From: Candidatus Fermentibacteraceae bacterium
Lineage (GTDB): Bacteria > Fermentibacterota > Fermentibacteria > Fermentibacterales > JCC-6
Direction of reading: 5' to 3'
NCBI GenBank assembly: GCA_041686025.1
Contig: JAWLEP010000028.1
Coordinates: 17,499 to 38,495, forward strand
DNA length: 20,997 bases
The notes beneath the pieces were generated by a model that made no database searches, was not told the DNA's origin, and saw only the letters and a program-made list of their open reading frames with translations. A program made the position numbers and the translations under genes. Below are positions 15,315 to 20,997 of this stretch, one piece after another; positions within the stretch are counted from its first letter, which is position 1; each line of letters begins with the position of its first letter.

Positions 15315-17194
15315 GCCCGGCGGCGGAGAAGAAGGTTCTGGCAGTAGCCGTAATGCGTGACGGCAGGGTGATCAACAAGCTGATACCGGGGAAGGAACCG
15401 GTGAGGCTGGGGACTGGCTACAACAACCAGATCGTGGCCGAGGAGGCCGACGTTCCCGACTCCATGATCATCCTCTCCCCGGGGGACGATTCCGACACCT
15501 GGGTTCTCAGGCTCCAGGATGCCATGCACGCCAGGATAGAGTCCGCCGACGGCTCCAAGCTGAACTTCGCCGATCTCAAGGACCTGGGGATCTTCCCCCA
15601 GGACGAGGACGGCAACTACCTCCTCAATGTGAAGTACGAGGACCAGGGCCAGATAACGGTGGACCCCTACACCATTCACTTCGGTTTCATACAGCCCCCC
15701 AAGCGGGAGGAGAAACCGAAGCCAAAGGCCAAGGCAAGGAAAACGGAGGAGAAGCCCGTCCCGGTGAAGAAGCCGGAGGCCGCGGAGAACCTGGCTCTGA
15801 AGGTGGTTGTGGAGCGCCCCGGGGAGAAGAAGCGGGAGATATTCCCCAACGCCGGGATAATGACCATCGGCACCGCCGACTACAACACGGTGAGCATCGG
15901 GAGCGCGGACCTTCCGCGGATACACACCCTTCTTGAGCCCAAGGACGGCAAGTACCTGCTCCGCCTGCCGGAGGGCCTGGGCGGCGGCGTCGAGGTGAAG
16001 GGCACCATCGTGCCTTTCAGCACGCTGATAGACCGCAACCTCCTGAAGCAGGAGAAGCCCGGAGAGCCCTACGAGTGGGAGATGGACCGGAACGTCTCCG
16101 GCATGTTCAAGGCCGGGGACACCGAGATCTTCTTCTCCTTCGCCCGGCCTCCCAAAGAGACAATGCCCAAGCCGAAACCGGAGCCCAAGAAGATCCCCAA
16201 GAAGGAGTACAAGCCCTCCCGCTACGACTGGAAGGCGTTTGCCGTCCGTCCGCACGACGGGATCGTATTCAAGGGCCAGAAGGGCGAGATCAGCCGAATG
16301 GAGGTCATACTGGGCATAGGCCTGGCAGTGGCCCTCCTGGTGGGCGCCGTTCTGGACAGGCTGGTGGTGGTCACCGAGGTCAGCAAGTCGGAGATGCTGC
16401 GCCGGGCTCCCACCGCCAGGGTGGCCAGCCTCGCCGAGACCCCCGAGCAGCAGACGGCCGGCATCGGTGAAGAGGTGATCGGCGACATGCCCACCGGCGA
16501 GGAGGTGGAAGTGGCCTCCGGAGGAGGCGGCGGGCCCGCCGGCGGCGGGGCAGAGGGCCCTGCAGGTGCCTCGGCGGGATCCGACGCCGCCGACCAGGTG
16601 ATGAGCAGCATCGGATTCGCCGCCTACGGTACGGGAGCCTCGGGCGGGGGTGCCGGCATAGTCACAGACCTCCAGTCGGCGGCCTCCTCGGGTCTCGGGC
16701 TGGCCTCCGGTGAGGCCGGACAGGCCATGATCGCAGGGGCGGAGGGAGGCGGCTCCGGCGGCATAAGCTCGGTTGTCGGGGCGGGAGGCGGCGTGGCCTC
16801 CTCGGCCGAGACCGTATCCCAGAGCGAGGTGGAGGAGGTGCACCGCGCGGCGCAGGTATCCTTCTCCGCGTCGGGCTCCGGAGAGGCCCTGGACCTGGGC
16901 TACCGCGACCTCACCGATATCCACAGACGGGTCAACGTAATAAAGATGAGGGTTCAGACGGCCTACGAGAGCCTGTTGCGCAGCAACCCATCCGCCGGCG
17001 GGCGCATCACCCTGGGCTTCAGCATCACCCCGGGCGGCTCGGTAACCGCAGTGTCCGTCAACGCTCCCGGAGGGCTGTCCAGCCTCAGGCCCACCATAGA
17101 GGCGGCCATTTCCAGCGTGAACTTCGGCCCGGCCCCGGAGCAGACAGAGAACCTGCCCATGCAGGTCTCCTTCAATCTGGTCCCGCCGGAGTAG
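15311..17194 (+). CDS. GltG/PglI-like TonB-type energy transducer: two FHA-like domains, one TM helix, Gly-rich linker, AgmX/PglI-type TonB C-terminal domain
   Basis: ATGA overlap with the upstream stop. Two similar N-terminal beta domains, each followed by a Lys/Pro linker. TM VILGIGLAVALLVGAVL. Gly/Ala/Ser-rich linker. C-terminus RVQTAYESLLRSNPSAGGRITLGFSITPGGSV...F.P.....VSFNLVP. Confidence 0.8.
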   Translation: MSPAAEKKVLAVAVMRDGRVINKLIPGKEPVRLGTGYNNQIVAEEADVPDSMIILSPGDDSDTWVLRLQDAMHARIESADGSKLNFADLKDLGIFPQDEDGNYLLNVKYEDQGQITVDPYTIHFGFIQPPKREEKPKPKAKARKTEEKPVPVKKPEAAENLALKVVVERPGEKKREIFPNAGIMTIGTADYNTVSIGSADLPRIHTLLEPKDGKYLLRLPEGLGGGVEVKGTIVPFSTLIDRNLLKQEKPGEPYEWEMDRNVSGMFKAGDTEIFFSFARPPKETMPKPKPEPKKIPKKEYKPSRYDWKAFAVRPHDGIVFKGQKGEISRMEVILGIGLAVALLVGAVLDRLVVVTEVSKSEMLRRAPTARVASLAETPEQQTAGIGEEVIGDMPTGEEVEVASGGGGGPAGGGAEGPAGASAGSDAADQVMSSIGFAAYGTGASGGGAGIVTDLQSAASSGLGLASGEAGQAMIAGAEGGGSGGISSVVGAGGGVASSAETVSQSEVEEVHRAAQVSFSASGSGEALDLGYRDLTDIHRRVNVIKMRVQTAYESLLRSNPSAGGRITLGFSITPGGSVTAVSVNAPGGLSSLRPTIEAAISSVNFGPAPEQTENLPMQVSFNLVPPE

Positions 17195-17216
17195 CCGAGA
17201 CCAGCATCGCGTATTC

Positions 17217-17246
17217 GAAGGGCCCCTCCGGGGGCCCTTCTCTTTT
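17217..17246 (+). terminator. Intrinsic terminator of the Agl-Glt-like operon
   Basis: Perfect 10-bp stem GAAGGGCCCC-TCCG-GGGGCCCTTC followed by TCTTTT, 22 nt after the stop. Confidence 0.85.
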
Positions 17247-17258
17247 CCGGCCCCGTAT

Positions 17259-17295
17259 GAGAAGAGGGCCCCGGATCTCCGGGGCCCTCGCTCTC
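17259..17295 (-). terminator. Probable intrinsic terminator of groESL
   Basis: Inverted repeat GAGGGCCCCGGA-TC-TCCGGGGCCCTC (17264-17289), followed on the minus strand by a weak TTCTCAT tail, just downstream of the groEL stop. Confidence 0.7.
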
Positions 17296-17314
17296 TGCGG
17301 CGCGACCTGGGGGT

Positions 17315-18961
<1,647 letters not shown>

Positions 18962-18989
18962 TCACTTTCAGTCTATTCGGTTGCTGCGC

Positions 18990-19289
18990 TTACTCTATCA
19001 CCGCGAGGATGTCGTCCTCGCGGACGATGACGAACTCCTCGCCGCCGATCTTGACATCGGTGCCGGAGTACTTGCCGATGAGAACTCTGTCACCCTCCTT
19101 GACGGCGGGCTTGAGGAAGCCGTCCCCGCTCTCGTTGCGCTTGCCTTCGCCCACGGCCCGGACGATGCCCTCCAGCGGCTTCTCCTTGGCCGTGTCGGGG
19201 ATGACGATTCCGCCGCGGACCTCGTCCTCAGGCTCCTCGCGCTTGACAAGTATCCTGTCGAAGAGCGGGCGCACCTTGTTCTCCGCCAT
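18990..19289 (-). CDS. groS: Co-chaperonin GroES
   Basis: [42 protein letters not shown] and [16 protein letters not shown] upstream. Confidence 0.99.
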   Translation of the reverse strand: MAENKVRPLFDRILVKREEPEDEVRGGIVIPDTAKEKPLEGIVRAVGEGKRNESGDGFLKPAVKEGDRVLIGKYSGTDVKIGGEEFVIVREDDILAVIE

Positions 19290-19379
19290 GCGTGGCTCCT
19301 TTCAGTACTGTTCTTCCGAACCGATCCTGCCGGGTATGGATGGACACCGGCGCCTTCATCTCAACTCCACAGTGTAACG

Positions 19380-19397
19380 AAGCATGATGTATGCCAG
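19380..19397 (-). promoter_or_regulatory. Putative sigma54 (-24/-12) promoter for groESL
   Basis: Minus strand reads CTGGCATACATCATGCTT, i.e. TGGCAT-N5-ATGCT with exact GG-N10-GC spacing, about 90 nt upstream of groES. Confidence 0.65.
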
Positions 19398-19639
19398 CCG
19401 TATGGCGAATAGAACTGTGTATCGCATATCCAAGCAGCACAATACATTAACAACAGTCTACCCACGCCTGGCACCGGGTATTCGCGGCGTCCTGCAGAAC
19501 CCTGAGTCATATTGGCACAACGTCGCGGCCGGGGTGGCACGGACGAGGTGGCAGGGCTTATCATTGCAGCATCGAAGACGGCCGCCGGGCCAGCGGGCCC
19601 GGCGATTTGGCCAAGGCGGAAACGGGATCGGGGAAGAAG

Positions 19640-20997
19640 ATGTCAGAGGGTGTACGGGTGGTTGTTGATGGGGACGGCACATCGCTGGGCGAGCTTGCAG
19701 ACGTCATGGAGGGAGCGGCCGTGGAGCTGGCACCCTCGGCAGTGGAGGCGCTGCGGGACGGCCGAAGCGTCATAGAGAACCACCTGGGGGAGAGCCGGCC
19801 CATCTACGGCGTGAACACCGGATTCGGACGCCTGGCCAACACCGTGGTGGACGCAGGCAGCCTGGGCAGGCTGCAGCGGAACCTGCTGCGCAGCCATGCC
19901 TGCGGAACCGGCCCCCTGTTCGGACAGCGGCTGGTGCGGGGGATGCTATTCCTGCGAATAGCCTCCCTGTGCCGCGGACGCTCCGGCGTCCGGCCGGAGA
20001 CGGTGGAGCAGATGCTGGCCTTCCTCAACGGGCCGGTGTTTCCCGCCGTACCCACCAAGGGCTCCCTGGGGGCGTCCGGTGACCTGGCGCCCCTTGCCCA
20101 TCTCTGCCTTCCCCTGCTGGGAGAGGGCCACTGCGTCTACGAAGAGGAGCTTGTCTCCGGCGCCACGGCTCTGGAGGTGCTGGGCCGGAAACCCATTGCG
20201 CTGGGGGCCAAGGAGGGACTGGCCCTGATAAACGGGACCCAGGTCCTCACCGCCACCGCCGCGGACGCCCTGCTGAGGGCCCGCCGGCTGGCGGACGCGG
20301 CGGACGTGGCCCTCTCGATGTCTCTGGAGGTGCTCATGGGCACGACGGCGGCCTTCGACCCCGAGCTGCTGGGGCTCCGTCCGCATCCGGGGGCCCTGGC
20401 GGTGGGACGAAACGTCCGGGCCATGATGGAGGCCAGCGAGATACTGGAGTCGCACCGCAACTGCAGTCGCGTGCAGGACGCCTACTCCCTGCGCTGCGCG
20501 CCCCAGGTGCACGGCGCCAGCAGGGACGCCATGGACTACGTGGAGTCCGTGCTGGCGGCGGAGCTGCGGTCGGTCACCGACAACCCCCTGCTGATGGAGG
20601 ACGGCCGCGCCGTCAGCGGCGGCAACTTCCACGGCCAGCCGGTTGCCCTGGCCGCCGACCACCTGGGTCTGGCCGCCTCCGAGCTGGGCAGCATCTCCGA
20701 GCGGCGCATCGAGCGGCTGCTCAACCCCGACCTCAGCGGACTGCCCGCCTTCCTGGCCCCCGACCCCGGCGTGAACTCGGGGCTGATGATCGCCCAGTAC
20801 ACCGCGGCATCCCTGGCCAGCGAGAACAAGGTCCTCAGCCACCCATCCAGCTCCGACAGCATTCCGGTGAGCGCCTCCCAGGAGGACCATGTCTCCATGG
20901 GGGCGGCGGCGGCCCGTCACGCCCTGGAGATCACCGAGAACGTGCGGAGGATCGTGGCCACCGAGCTGCTCTGCGCGGCCCAGGCCTACGAGTTCGT
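19640..20997 (+). CDS. hutH: Histidine ammonia-lyase (3' end runs off the window)
   Basis: Not in the ORF track. Translation from ATG 19640 gives IYGVNTGFGRLA, LQRNLLRSHACG, the MIO motif GSLGASGDLAPLAH (ASG at 20072-20080), AKEGLALINGTQ, VQDAYSLRCAPQVHG, SGGNFHG, NSGLMIAQYTAA and QEDHVSMG. Confidence 0.96.
   Translation, partial: MSEGVRVVVDGDGTSLGELADVMEGAAVELAPSAVEALRDGRSVIENHLGESRPIYGVNTGFGRLANTVVDAGSLGRLQRNLLRSHACGTGPLFGQRLVRGMLFLRIASLCRGRSGVRPETVEQMLAFLNGPVFPAVPTKGSLGASGDLAPLAHLCLPLLGEGHCVYEEELVSGATALEVLGRKPIALGAKEGLALINGTQVLTATAADALLRARRLADAADVALSMSLEVLMGTTAAFDPELLGLRPHPGALAVGRNVRAMMEASEILESHRNCSRVQDAYSLRCAPQVHGASRDAMDYVESVLAAELRSVTDNPLLMEDGRAVSGGNFHGQPVALAADHLGLAASELGSISERRIERLLNPDLSGLPAFLAPDPGVNSGLMIAQYTAASLASENKVLSHPSSSDSIPVSASQEDHVSMGAAAARHALEITENVRRIVATELLCAAQAYEF

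Noticed and set aside
13358..17194. Canonical TonB-ExbBD uptake system, Tol-Pal, or flagellar MotAB
   Set aside because: No TonB-dependent receptor, TolB, Pal or OmpA-like peptidoglycan-binding domain is present. Two ExbD paralogues and the motif details fit the AglRQS/GltG type better.
19290..19640. CIRCE element, or plus-strand sigma54 promoters for hutH
   Set aside because: There is no CIRCE inverted repeat, and none of the plus-strand TGGCA copies has GC at the -12 spacing.

Overview
This is a GC-rich bacterial window from a diderm organism. An FCB-superphylum or candidate-phylum origin is my inference only. Housekeeping genes flank the window: a partial bifunctional formiminotransferase-cyclodeaminase, a GH84 O-GlcNAcase-like gene coupled to a double-domain thyX, groES-groEL with a sigma54-like promoter, and a partial hutH. 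The centre (7366-17246) holds a compact 7-gene operon: a YjbH-like outer-membrane barrel with a coiled-coil tail, a 1513-aa periplasmic TPR protein that looks like a GltC+GltD fusion, a small GltF/CglF-like protein, a MotA/ExbB-type AglR, two ExbD-type subunits (AglQ/AglS-like) and a GltG-like TonB-type transducer. I read this as a variant of the Agl-Glt proton-driven trans-envelope machine known from myxobacterial gliding and spore-coat assembly. Its unusual points are the fused TPR scaffold, no gltE in the operon, a channel Asp in only one ExbD subunit and duplicated FHA-like domains. A secreted FG-GAP beta-propeller protein with an Asp-box repeat stalk is transcribed divergently from it and is a candidate adhesin or cargo. 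All family assignments come from motif recognition by eye; no searches were run.
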